Source: Octopus sinensis
Lineage: Eukaryota
Length of the DNA stretch: 64,000 bases
Assembly (NCBI RefSeq): GCF_006345805.1
Contig: NC_042998.1
Coordinates: forward strand, 44,144,001 to 44,208,000
Direction of reading: 5' to 3'
A program made the position numbers and the translations under genes. This document shows, in pieces, positions 13,999 through 27,049 of this stretch. The notes beneath the pieces are model-generated. The model did not search any database. It saw only the letters and a program-made list of their open reading frames with translations, and was not told where the DNA came from. Positions within the stretch are counted from its first letter, which is position 1; each line of letters begins with the position of its first letter.

Positions 13999-14711
13999 CG
14001 GATATACAAGTAAAGGAATTTTCTGGTGGCTAACTTAATATCAAACAAGAAAACAACTTATTCATCTTCATGCGACTGGCCCCATGAAGACTTTCTGTTA
14101 GTTGTTATATCATTTTATACATACCTATACACATAAGTACAAACAATGTAATACAAAAATACAAAAATATTAGTATGCGTATGTGTGTGTGTGTGGAGGG
14201 GGGAATACCTATATTTAATACTATATATTTTATTTTTAAATCACATTTGTTCAATGTTTATTTTTATGCTTATTATTATCTCATTTTCAATATCTGCGCT
14301 TTTACCACCTCCAAAATATCTTCAGCAACATCTAATTGTTTCCTTATATATGTCTCTGATATTGCTTTCGTTTTTGCTTGTTTGAGTTTTGTTGTTTTAT
14401 TTTTTTTGCTTTCTTTTCTTAGTTTGTCATTATTTTCTTCTTGGTTTGTCATTATTAATCATTAACACTAATGTCTTAATATTTCCTAGCACTTCCACGA
14501 TTATTATAATAACCCGTTACATTTAAACACCAGCTTCTATTGCACGTTTCCTTTCTTTAGCCTATCATTGTATTCCCAGTCACTAGTATTATGTGAAAAA
14601 AGCTTCCACACATTTACTAATTTTACGTGAGAAAACGGGAATTTTAACATCTGCTTAAGTTGCGTCTGTTTTCTTACTTACATTTACACTTTCTCTCATA
14701 TACAAACATAG

Positions 14712-14819
14712 AGACACAACTCGTGTGTATGCTGGGTTACGATTTGATAATAACCCAAGAAACGGCGTACATTGTGGAAACCGAGGACTGGTCCGACTTC
14801 GATATGTTTATAAACAACT
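14712..14819 (+). CDS. Candidate internal exon (108 nt, phase 2-2), possibly from a plexin/MET-like IPT region
   Basis: catag| acceptor (moderate) and |gtaagc donor (strong). The phase-2 frame reads DTTRVYAGLRFDNNPRNGVHCGNRGLVRLRYVYKQ(L). The phase-1 frame is also open. Confidence 0.3.
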
Positions 14820-15314
14820 GTAAGCTACATTGAAAAGACGAACTTTTCAATTAATTATATTTTCACTGCGTTCTATCAAGTACTGCTTCATATAATTTCA
14901 TCGTATGTACAGTAAATATTTTTTAAGCCTTCACCAAAATAAAACATAATATCAGTCTCAACTTTAATATTGAGTACTCGTCTTTCCAATAGTTAACACA
15001 AAATGCGCACGCGCACAAACACATACACACACGCGCGCACAAACACGCGCACACTAACACAGTCTGTATCTATATCTATATATGTATCTATCTATATTTA
15101 TTCCTCCCTCTATATATGTATATATATATATATATATGTACGTATGTATATCTATATATATATATATATATATTTACTAAGTAATTAAGGGTTTAGCAAC
15201 GATTTGCCTCACCACACACCGAATTTAGAAATAGCAGTCAAAGAGTTATTGCTATTCTTTCTACTTAAAAGGGAGATCCCAGTAAAACCACAGCACTATG
15301 TACATATGTATATC

Positions 15315-15376
<62 letters not shown>

Positions 15377-15478
15377 AATATATATATAATAATAAATATT
15401 AGGGAATAAATCCAAATTTACAGGGAAAAAATCAGATTTAGGATTAAATCGATTTTATAGTAAAATATTATAAAATAT

Positions 15479-15627
15479 TATTCGAGACAAAACCACTATT
15501 TTGCAAAACAAACAATGAAAGACTTAATCAATACATAAAATTTTAATTTTGACTATTTATTAAAATTTTATGTATTGATTAAGTCTTTCATTGTTTGTTT
15601 TGCAAAATAGTGGTTTTGTCTCGAATA
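15479..15627. repeat. Perfect 69-bp inverted repeat with an 11-nt loop, flanked by (TA)n
   Basis: 15479-15547 is the exact reverse complement of 15559-15627. A diverged copy of one arm lies at about 49519-49585. Confidence 0.9.
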
Positions 15628-15706
15628 TATTTTATATATATATATACATGCATAAATACATTCATACATACAAACATACATACATATATACATATATATA
15701 TATACA

Positions 15707-15740
<34 letters not shown>

Positions 15741-17800
15741 TACATACATACACACATTACATAATATATGTACATAAATGTATATATATATGCATATTAC
15801 ATACTGTGATTTATGTTCATGGTAGCTTGTCTTTTTTTATTTCTGTTTCGTTTTACTTTTTCTTTTTTTTTCTTTTATAGAACTCGAACTGGAGCATTGT
15901 AGAAAAAGAACTGATAAACTCTAGTGTAGTGTATATTTTACTTGGAAGAGGAATTTTCCGACTATATGCGTGCGTTCTCTTCTTTTAAGCTGGAAGGACT
16001 ATTAGTTATGTCATAATGTTTTACTTTTTTAATCTTTACGTCTGGTGTAACTATTGTTATGTTTCCCCTGTTTTATGCATTTCATCTTTTTCTTAAAGCC
16101 AATTCCAAATTTGGATTTCGTTAATGCTTTTGCTGCGTGGTAAAAAGAATAGGCTGGAGTCTAATAATTATGATCTGAATTTTGGTTAATGTGCTATATA
16201 ATTCTGTCCAAGTTTCTTTAGAAGTGCTATTTGCAGGTATCTAATGTGATATTTCTTTTATAAGTATAAAAGATATGATTTAAATGAGAGCTGATTTTAC
16301 TATTTGGGGATTGTACTGGCTATGACTTTTAAGCTCAAGTATTAAAATTGCTTAACGACAAGATATTTGATATATTTTTTTAAAATCTATTTGCTGGTTA
16401 TTTATGTTGCATACAGAAACTCAAAATCAGAGTTCATATATGCCTACAGAGAAACAAAGGACCAAACTGTTATCTATTTATTCACGTACATTTGAATTAT
16501 TTCTATCCTACACCATCTGCTTTGAATTTGAATGTTTTACCCCCTTCCCATCTCCATTGATTCCGTTTTCTCCCTTGCACACCTCCTCCATCGTCTAACA
16601 CAATACGTACCATTTAGCAATACATACCTTAGTTTTCTTTCCGGCTGAGATTCATTAAAACTAATGACATCAGCCGTTGTTTCCTAAAACAGAATTTTCA
16701 CAACCAGTAAAAATATTTCTTTCTAATTTTTTCAACCCAAACCAAAACAATGCAAATTGTAAGAAATTATACAAGTCACTTGGTTTGTACATATACATTG
16801 TTTTTCAATATTTCGGACTTAGGGCAACGCTTTCAGGAAAACTTCGGAGGGATTGTGTTGTGAGATGACATCTCTGTTCTGTGCTGTGTGCCACAAAAGC
16901 AAATTATCATGCGTGTGTTAAGTAACATTCTGTTGTGTGGACGCCTCCAGAAGACGACGTAGGCTAGCCCAATACGTAGATATAGAGGGAGAAGTCTAGA
17001 CGTCAGAGTAGAGAACAGTTGAGTAGCAGAGGTAGTCGAGTTGAGGCGACGAGGATGTCGTAGATCATACAGCCATTAGGTAGTATTGCGATATAACACA
17101 TTCATATACACAACACATAACAGACAAGTCAGCTCTAGACACGGTTCTTCCGAAAATTTCCTGCACAAAGGAATTCTTACCCCGAAGCATTGAAATGCAA
17201 GGTAAAACTATATACCATCGTCTTTCATTAGTTCTGATCTTTGGCTCAAAAAATTAAATAAATAAAACTATATACTACACTATTTCTTTTCAAACCTTTG
17301 TGATAACGACTAATTCCAAATCTATTACTTTGAACCTGATGTGTACTATGACAAATCTGGGAGAATCAGGTGTGAAGTCTCACCTCCAATTAAATTTCAT
17401 GCATAATTTATAGTAAATTTCTATGAATAATTTAATAGAGTATTCTAATTATACATCTTAATACGGAGAAATCGCTGCATGTATTACTACATACAAAAAC
17501 ACGCGCGCATGTGTACGTGTGTGCTTGTGTACGTGTGTGCTTGTGTATGTGATACAAATGTTGCGTACATGTATCTACGTGTGTGCGACATATATATATA
17601 TCTCTAGGCTGAGAATGAAAATGATCAACAAACCATATTTAAATATCTATATCTACTGTGAATACATACACACACACACATACATATCTTTATATATGCG
17701 TGTATATATAATAATATGTATATATAGATATATGTGTATGCATGTATATATGTTTTTATGTATGTATATATGTATGTGTGTATATCTATCTATCTATCCA

Positions 17801-17831
<31 letters not shown>

Positions 17832-17843
17832 GTATATACATAC

Positions 17844-17949
<106 letters not shown>

Positions 17950-18307
17950 TCAACTCTCACTAAACGAAGATGCAAAAATGTTCTTAATGTTGGGAATATG
18001 CCAATAAGCAAAAGCAACCAGTTGTCTTGGATTCAGAATATACCGGGTTTGGGGGGTTTGGGGGGTGATGAAAGATAGAAATAAATACATATGTAAAACT
18101 GCAAAGAATATGTCTCGTACTTTTCTCTAGACAAATTTTAGAAGATAAATCTGGAAACGTGGAATATAGGTCTTGATTATACTTGAAGATCATTACTATC
18201 TATCCATATATCTATCTGTCTATCTATACATCTACCTATCTGTCTATCTATCCATCTATCTATTTATCTATCTTTATCCTCGCTGCATCATAATACAAGT
18301 ATATATA

Positions 18308-18338
<31 letters not shown>

Positions 18339-18954
18339 CAAACACAGAGAGAGAGAGAGTGAAAGAGAGAGGGGATAGAGGGAGAGATAGAGAAAGTTCG
18401 AGCACAAGATGAGAGCCAGAAGGGAAAAGGATTGACAGATAGAGAGACGGTGAGAATGTTAAAGGAAAGGAAAATTGAATAATTGCGCGTGCATATGGTT
18501 AATTAGACTTGCTGGCATCGTAATTGCAACGTGTCCAATGTTAACCTAGTATAAAAATTGAATTGATTTGTTTCAGATAATTGGTGTTAAACCAAGTCGT
18601 TTGTTGGCGTAATCCCATATTTCCTCCTGATTGTTTTCAGTGCATGGAAGTTTTTCATTAAAACTATATTTATATTATTCATTGATTTCGAAAATGAATC
18701 TTCTTTTGTCGCCGACAACCTTTCCGGTGGCATTTATCTTATCGGTCTCCTGTTCTTTGCGACAATAAAGTATAATCGATTAGATTTTTTAAAAATAAGA
18801 ATAATGTGTTCAAAGAAATCAATATTAAGTGAATTACAGAACTATTTTTACAAGTTACAAAATCACAGAATGGTTTTAGTAACAAAAGAAATCTTTAAAA
18901 TGTGACAGGTCGAAAAATGTTTCAGCATGTTCTGAATAGCAAGCACACACACAC

Positions 18955-19006
<52 letters not shown>

Positions 19007-19258
19007 CACATGCATACATAAATGCATACATGGATATATGTATATACATATGCGTATCTAGACAGAACCCAATTCACTGTCTTACTTTCTGGGCAGTGCT
19101 CCAGCATGGCCACAATCAAATGACTGAAACAAATAAAATAGTAAAAGAATATATATATATATTAACATTCTTTTATTTCACTTGTGTAGTAGGTCGGTAG
19201 ACAGATAGACACACAGACTGATAGATAAATAGATAGACAGATAGATAGATAGATAGAG

Positions 19259-19301
<43 letters not shown>

Positions 19302-19490
19302 AGATAGATAGATAGATAGATAGGTAGAAAGAAATGTATATGTATATACGTGAATGTATGTAGAAATGCATATGTATATCAATGTACGTAAGTATAGTGT
19401 AATGCATTCCTTTACAGTGAATAAATCTCGTTATACTTCACGTATGCCTATGTATTCAAAACATTCGGGTTGTCAATATGAACTCTATTA

Positions 19491-19592
19491 AGGGTCGATA
19501 AATTAAGTACCAGTTGCGAACTGGGCTCGATCTAATCAACTGGTCCCCTACCCCAAAATTCCGGGTCTTTTGCCTAGAGTAGAAAAGAATAT
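19491..19592 (+). mobile_element. SINE 3' fragment
   Basis: ggtcgataaattaagtaccagttgcg..gcctagagtagaaaagaata. Confidence 0.8.
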
Positions 19593-20657
19593 GAACTCTC
19601 TTTTAGATTTAATGTTAACTTATAAAAAATCCTTCTTCGATTTCGGCAATGAATTTTCTAATGTTCCATTAGTTCGGTGAGTAAACTTTTTGAATTTACA
19701 TATCAATTGTTTGAGTATCCCAAAGACGAGCAAATCACGGGGGGAATCATATTGACATACAATTTGAATTTGAATTAAAATCAGTCTATCAGTCATGGTT
19801 CCAATCAATTTCCATGTATCCATTTTCATTTACGTAATTCTGAGTGATTCTTACGCTATAGGATAAGGACTCGATCAAAATGGCATGCATAGAAATCGAA
19901 CCCGTTTATATAGTTGTATATCATTTTAGGAAAAATATGCAAATCTTCCTCTGTGTGTAGGGAAGGTTATTAGGCGAATAAAAATTTTAATAAACACACG
20001 CGCTGTTTCAATACCACTTTTTTTATCAACTAACTATCGAATAGTTTGTTTAATGTGATGATTGAACAATCATTCGCTCGTTAGTTTTCTTTGTCAAATT
20101 CATTTCTCCGCTATAATCGCGACCACGTCAGTGTCATGCTCTCACTCATCGAGGTCTGCTTTTAATTTGTCTGAGAACTAGTTGTATGCCTAAGTTTATC
20201 TATATTTGCACGTATGTAAGTATATCTGTACGTATGTGTGTATGTAGAAATGTGAGTGTTTACTTATGTGTGCGTATTCTGTTGTGTGTTTGTGTGAGGG
20301 CGCATTTACGTTTGTGAAAACCAAACACAAAAACATAACTCCATTAAAATCATAGCATATTGACATATTGTAGTGAATGCATTGAGTATGTTTACAATTT
20401 CCGGTGATACAACTTCAATTCTAGCACGTGGCTTACTCAGTCTACTCATATCAAATTCTCGCTAAATATTCAGCAATATGTTTATGCTTGTTGGAGCACA
20501 TCGTAAATGTTAAACCTTAACAGGTGTTGACGATGATGTTAATGATGATGATGACGACGACTTTGACGACGACGACGAATGTGATAACCATGCGGACCAT
20601 GATCATGATTTAAAGCCGAACATAATTATGATCTTTATATTCTTTATATTCTTACAG

Positions 20658-20865
20658 AAATTTCGGTCATTTTCCTAATGTTGAATATAACTGGGATGAC
20701 GTCAGAACAATGAGAGGTTATATAAAAATAAATAACACAAATTTCATATCAATTTCATACCCTACGTTGGTAAAGGCTACTGAGAAATGTGATAATCAAA
20801 CCACGTTACAAACCAATTCCTTCATCTGTGCATCAAATGAACTTGTGAAAGACGTGATTTCATGA
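20658..20865 (+). CDS. Candidate exon (phase-2 start), IPT/TIG-like
   Basis: Strong acceptor ttctttatattcttacag|. 68 open codons: NFGHFPNVEYNWDDVRTMRGYIKINNTNFISISYPTLVKATEKCDNQTTLQTNSFICASNELVKDVIS*. A possible internal donor TTG|gtaaag lies after 20769. Confidence 0.35.
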
Positions 20866-21308
20866 TTTCCGTTTTCTCCTCTTAACACGTGTGGCTTTGT
20901 GCTTAACTAAGTCATCGATTTTTCACTTTTGTCTGTCATACAACGGTATGTTCTTTGTAAACCGAATACACGAGTTGGTATGAAATGAGATGAGACTCGT
21001 GTTCCTCTATTGACAATTAAATTCACGTTCCTGTGGTAAGGATAACGGTCGTAAACTTCCAGTTTACCATTGTTTCAATTCTAAACTTTCATGCCCATCG
21101 GCAGAAATATATGTTGTTTTTATTTTTGATATTTAATTATATTTCCATATCCTATATAATTTGATAGACATTTGATAGTTTTGATAATTTCAATGACTGT
21201 TCTAAAGACAATATTTTCTCAAGGCCTTTGGCGATTCGACTCATATGAACAAACATATTTGGAATATACAGAGACACACACGCGCACGCACGCACACACA
21301 CGCACACA

Positions 21309-21354
<46 letters not shown>

Positions 21355-21571
21355 CATATATGCATATATAGTATATACACACATATATACACATGTTTAT
21401 TTTATATGTAAATGTATATATATGTATATCTATATATAATATATATATATGTATGTATATATATATATATTATATATATATATATATACATACATATATA
21501 TATAATATATATATATACTATATATATATACATACTATATATATATATATATATATAATATATATATATAT

Positions 21572-22473
21572 ATATAAGAATGAATGTTTTTATATATAAT
21601 GAACGTGAAATACAGGAAGGGACGAACACGGAACACAGACAAATCATTCGAAGCCTTCAATCTTCAGTCAGACACCGAATCATCATAGCAAATTTCGGCT
21701 GTTCAATTCTGATATTTGCTCCAACTCGGCCAGCCCCAAGAAAAAAAACTAAGCTGTAAGCATTAGATTTCTTGGTAGAAGACAGGAATGTGAACGCACA
21801 AGACGGATGTGAATACAAGAGACGAAAACGAAATTGAAAACAGTAATGAATAAACAAAATATATATAACGGTGGTTGTCATACGACTTTAGACCAAATGA
21901 GACAAAACAACAACAACATAGCAGCTGGCGTAGAAATAATTACCGTTTCGGTAGCGGGGACACATGTTGGTCGAGATACGAAGGCCAACAGAATGGTTGA
22001 AGAAGCAGCAGGTCGCAGGAGAGAGAGAAAGAGAGACAGAGAGAGAGGGAATCAAAGAGGGTGGAAGGCAGGGGACAGAATCAGTGACCAAGAGAAAAGG
22101 AGAAAGAAGGGATTAAGGAGGATGGGAGGAAGAGGGGAGGAGGATGGGAGGAAGAGAGGGGAAGAATCGGAGGGCGCCAAAAAGTTTGGTGAAGAAGCAA
22201 TGGCGGGTAGTAAAAGACAGTGTGTATAGAAGTCGTGCAGGGTTTAAAATTGGACAAACAAACGGGGGGGTGGTGCACGTAACGCCGCAATAATATAAGA
22301 ATGAATGTTTTTATATATAATGAACGTGAAATACAGGAAGGGACGAACACGGAACACAGACAAATCATTCGAAGCCTTCAATCTTCAGTCAGACACCGAA
22401 TCATCATAGCAAATTTCGGCTGTTCAATTCTGATATTTGCTCCAACTCGGCTAGCCCCAAGAAAAAAAACTAA
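21572..22473 (-). mobile_element. PLE-type partial tandem (pseudo-LTR) repeat: two 181-bp direct repeats around a 540-bp spacer
   Basis: 21572-21752 and 22293-22473 differ at a single base that I could see (cggCcagccc vs cggCtagccc). The element lies in (TA)n and the spacer is purine-rich on the plus strand. Related sequence occurs at 39820-39910. Strand and PLE assignment are inferred. Confidence 0.6.
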
Positions 22474-23047
22474 ATATATACATAGGAAATCGATGCCGAT
22501 ATCGCTGATTCGGATCACCGGAAGTTGACCTTTAATGCAAATGTTGACATATGAAATATATAATATTATCAGGAAAATACCCTCACAATATTCAAATTAA
22601 TGAAAACGACATATTCAAAATTAAGAATGTACAACAGAATTCTAATGAAATCACGGATGAAAATTTAAGTAATATATATGCTAATATTGATATTGGTATA
22701 AACTGTAGTGACTATATGAAAAACCTCCTCGTTAAAATTAATAATTTCAGCATTTTCACTGTAAAATTATTTTCTCATCAATTATTTAATCGATAATGAA
22801 TCACCACTGATATAAATACCCTGTGTAAAAAAAAAAAACATAATATAAAATTTATGATTTACTATTTCTAGTGTTTGCCGAATGCATATATAAATATGCG
22901 AATAAAAACAAACATAAAAATACGATTTATATCTCTCCCCCTCGTTGTCTCTTTCCCGCCCCTATCTCTCTCACTCTCTCTCTCTACCTTTCACTATCTA
23001 TTTATCTCATTTCGGTCATAAATAGAAACAATATTCGAAAAAGATAA

Positions 23048-23616
23048 GGAGGTGAACTGGAAGAATCGTTAGCACGCCGGACGAAATGCTTAACCGTATT
23101 TCGTCTGTTTTTAGGTTCTTGGTTCTAATTCCGCCGAGGTCGACTTTGCCTTTTATCCTTTTGGGGGGTCGATTAAATAAGTACCAGTTACACACTGAGG
23201 TCGATATAGTCGACTTAATCCGTTTGTCTGTCCTTGTTTGTCCTCTCTGTGTTTAGCCCGTTATGGGTAGTAAAGAAATAGGTATTTCGTCTGCCGTTAC
23301 GTTCTGGGTTCTAATTCCACCGAGGTTGAGTTTGCCATTCATCCTTTCGGGGTCGATGTATTAAGTACCAGTTACGCACTGGAGTCGATGTCATCGACTT
23401 AATCTGTTTGTCTGTCCTTGTTTGTCCTCACTGTGTTTAGCCCCTTGTGGGTAGTAAAGAAACAGGTATTTCGTCTGTCTTTACGTTCTGGGTTCTAATT
23501 CCGCCGAGGTCGACTTTGCCTTTCATCCTTTCGGGGTCGATAAATTATGTGCCAGTTGAGTACTGGGGTCGTTCTAATCGAAAATTTCGGGCCTTGTGCC
23601 TAGAGTATAAAAGAAT
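23048..23616 (+). mobile_element. Octopus-type tRNA-derived SINE trimer (head plus three ~185-bp units)
   Basis: A/B-box-like head, then units restarting at GTATTTCGTCTG near 23097, 23281 and 23466, ending in the tail ...gggccttgtgcctagagtataaaagaata. Confidence 0.9.
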
Positions 23617-23627
23617 ATATAAAATTC

Positions 23628-24065
23628 ACTGTCTGTATGTGTGTGTGTGTGTGTGTGTGTCTCCTCGATGCGTGGCCAAACCACTGGATTTATCTGTACC
23701 AAATTTGGCATCAAAGTTTTCCATTACTCGGGGAAGGTTCTAGGCTGCGGGGTGGGGTGCAATTTGGCCCTTGTAGCCGCACTCACCACACGACCATTCC
23801 AATTTTTTCAATGGATTCCTATGTTTTCAATGACGAAGTTTCCGAATATGCAAAGAAAAAAAAAACATTTTTCAATTCCCCCTTATCCCGAATTTCAAAT
23901 TTATGACTTTTTATCAATTTTTTTCAATTTGTATATTGAAAAAAATTGGAAAAATATGGAGATTAAGAATATGGAACAAATATTTAATTTCCAAGTTTCT
24001 ATAAAGTACTCCAAAATCAATCCATACAGCCCTCGCCACCCCCCTCCCGTTATCTAAAATTGAAA
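23628..24065 (+). mobile_element. Possible Helentron-associated (DINE-1/HINE-like) non-autonomous element
   Basis: (GT)n followed by ..ggatttatctgtaccaaatttggcat.., which recalls HINE core motifs. Termini were not resolved. Confidence 0.3.
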
Positions 24066-24187
24066 ATAAACTGTTAAGAATAACAGCTATCTGGGAAATG
24101 TTTGTGTTTGTGTACGCGAATGCAACAATTTCTACATGTATCTTGCAACCTACCTACTTATCACTCTCTAATAATGTAGATCTTCTC

Positions 24188-24222
<35 letters not shown>

Positions 24223-25120
24223 TCTCTCTTTCTTTCTTTCTGTCTCTCTCACTCTCTCTATTTGCTTTTCTTCAATCGTATCACCAGAACATCACCCATC
24301 TGCTAAACATTGCATTTCTAAATTTCTTTATCTACATCACTCCCTTCAGCTAACATTTTTACCACGTAAAAAACATTATGTTCCCCTGACCTCACTTCTC
24401 TCCCACACTTTCTCTCTCGCTTTTTGCCTTCCATGTCAGCTAATCACATGACAGTGTAATGCATTTCGGCCAGAGCGTATCAATATGTAGACTAGCTGCA
24501 CCCCTGGAAATTTCATAGTAAATCAAAGTAAATACGAAATTATTTAAATGGATTTAAGTTTATATAGCGCCATAAAAAAACTGCGTTCCTTTATAAATTG
24601 CATATTCAATATTAGTTTTATTTAAAAACATCCTCCAGTTCTTCTGAACGAGGCTGTATTTGGAAGAACATGATTTTCCCATTTTGTCGCCACTTCAGAG
24701 GCGCGTTTATAAATCTAAGTGTTTTTCAATGATTGCTCAGAATATTCATGCCACCAATGTTGCAAATTTCAATCATATTTTTATTGTGTATCTGACGTTC
24801 TCAGATTATCATTTTATATTCTATCATGATCGCGTTCCCGTATCTGTTATAAATATTCACTCTAAATTCTGATTCATATTTTCTCTTCAAGCTGAGGCTC
24901 CTTTGATTGTTCTACTGTTTCGGTCTCATTCTTTCTCTTCTCAGTTTACGTTATCATCCATATTTTATAACAAATATAAATTTTCAAGGGATCAGAAAAT
25001 CAATAATTGCACTTATGTGCATACGTTAAGGAAGAGACGATATAATAAATTTAGTTCAATAAAAAAACTAAGCTTTCCGGTATTCACTCACTATCGCCAC
25101 CTCAACCACTATCATCTCTC

Positions 25121-25153
<33 letters not shown>

Positions 25154-26134
25154 GTCTCTCTCTCTCTCTCGGCCTCTCTCTCTCGGCCTCTCTCTCTCCT
25201 TCTCTCCCTGACTTTCTGCCTTTTTTAAACGTCACAATGCGAACATCACCCCTCTCCCATCGATACCTTGAACATTTATTTTAACCACAGAATAAATATT
25301 ACGTTCTTCCTACCTCACGTCAAGGACGCTTCTCTGTCCTGGTTTTTCTCTCTCTCTCCTTTTCTTTCTCCCTCTTTTTATCTCGCAATTTGCTGTCTTC
25401 AATTAATCATATAGATTGCTTATACTTATGTGCACAAACAAACAAGCACACACGCACACTCACACACATACATACACACACATTATCTCTCTCTCACACA
25501 CACACACTCTCTGTCGCTCACACACACACACACACACACACACAAACGTTTTCCACAAGCACATATATGCACATCTCATTTTTAAGAATTATATTCTTTT
25601 CGTCTTCCATACTTTTTAAGTTTCTTTTCTTTTGTTGATATTAATCCCTATATTTTGTAAACATTATCTCTAAAAACATTTATTTAGTTTCAGGAGGGAT
25701 TTATTATTATTTTCTCTATTTTTCTCCTTTTTTTTTACGATCTATCACATATCTTTTTCTTATACAATATTATCTACTTGTTACTTTTTAATTATATTAC
25801 TAAAATTCAATTCCCTTTGTTTGAAAACTGTCTTATTTATTGTCTTTCATAACTATTAGAGTGCTTTTTTTTAATATTGGATTTCTGTTCATCAAACGTT
25901 ACGTCGAGAGTTCACTATGTAACACGGATTTTTCTGACACCGGAGGCGCTAGCTTAATATCTATATTGATTTAAACGATTTTTATATTACTATATAGACA
26001 TGTAAGAGATACATTTATTATAATATATAACAAACCAAATTATCTTTGCATGCCTTACGTTGCGAAACAATCGTTGTGAGATAAAAATAATTCCATGGGT
26101 AAATAAATATCATTCTATTCTCTCGTCATAATTT

Positions 26135-26135
<1 letters not shown>

Positions 26136-26196
<61 letters not shown>

Positions 26197-26275
26197 TATA
26201 TACATATATACACACACACACACCCACACACACACATATATATATATACATATATATATACATATATATACACAC

Positions 26276-26322
<47 letters not shown>

Positions 26323-26346
26323 CAATACATATACATATATATATAC

Positions 26347-26379
<33 letters not shown>

Positions 26380-26425
26380 ATACATATATATATATATATA
26401 CACATATATACATAGATATATATAC
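26136..26425. repeat. Long interrupted (TA)n/(CA)n tract, representative of many others (about 13905-13998, 17800-17946, 21280-21575, 35620-35810, 48905-49050, 49570-49730, 62330-62522)
   Basis: Direct reading. Confidence 0.95.
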
Positions 26426-27049
26426 ATACAAGAATGGATTAGTTTTTAGTACAATTGTTTCATACAAAGACAGGCTTTATTAAAAGTTGCAAAAATTGCA
26501 GCAGATAAAAGTGTCCCGTACTCATCAGCTAAAATACATATGAGTTCTCCAAACATCTTAGTGGGTGAGGCTATACTCATGAAGTATTGGAGATAATTTC
26601 ATTAAAAGCAGATTTAGGTTGTAAACAGATTTCCGAAGTTCCTTAATGATGATGCACAGTCTTATCACAGGTTTTTAAAAAAACTTATTAGCTTCACAGA
26701 GAAGGTGAATTAATCCGTAGTGTAGATGTAAATTTCCAGAGATATGAGGAGGAATTTCATACTCACAGACGATGCATTTATCCATGGTTAATCCACAATG
26801 AGGTGGGTATCATTTCATGCTATATGATAAGGTATTTGCCACATTACTGTTCTTTTCACAAGACTGCTAAGTTAGAACGCCAGATCGTTAGAACGCTTCG
26901 CACGTCTTTCGTTCTGAGTTCAGATGCACCCTTGGTCTACTTTGCTTTTCGGGTTTTATAAAGATAAGGTTTGTGCGTATAATAGAAATGTTTGTTTTAA
27001 ATTTTTACTGACTGCCTTTCAAAACGAGTAATGACTAGATATAAATAAA

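Noticed and set aside
16931-17278. Possible solo LTR (TGTTG...AATAAA...CA)
   Set aside because: There is no matching 4-6-bp TSD or terminal inverted repeat, and no second copy in the window.
19980-20170. CpG-containing unique stretch with CCACGTCA (CRE-like) as a promoter
   Set aside because: A single short motif with no transcription-start evidence.
21600-21700. CTGAAGA...CGAA on the minus strand of the 181-bp repeats as a hammerhead
   Set aside because: It has GAAT rather than GAAA, and no stem II is consistent between this copy and the 39.9-kb relative.
23048-23616. Regularly spaced ~185-bp repeats that could suggest a CRISPR-like array or tRNA cluster
   Set aside because: The units are whole SINE bodies without unique spacers. 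The heads have only degenerate A/B boxes and no cloverleaf.
26464-26600. KIHMSSPNILVGEAILMK resembling a tyrosine-kinase catalytic loop
   Set aside because: There is no HRD or DFG, the spacing is wrong, and there are no convincing splice sites.
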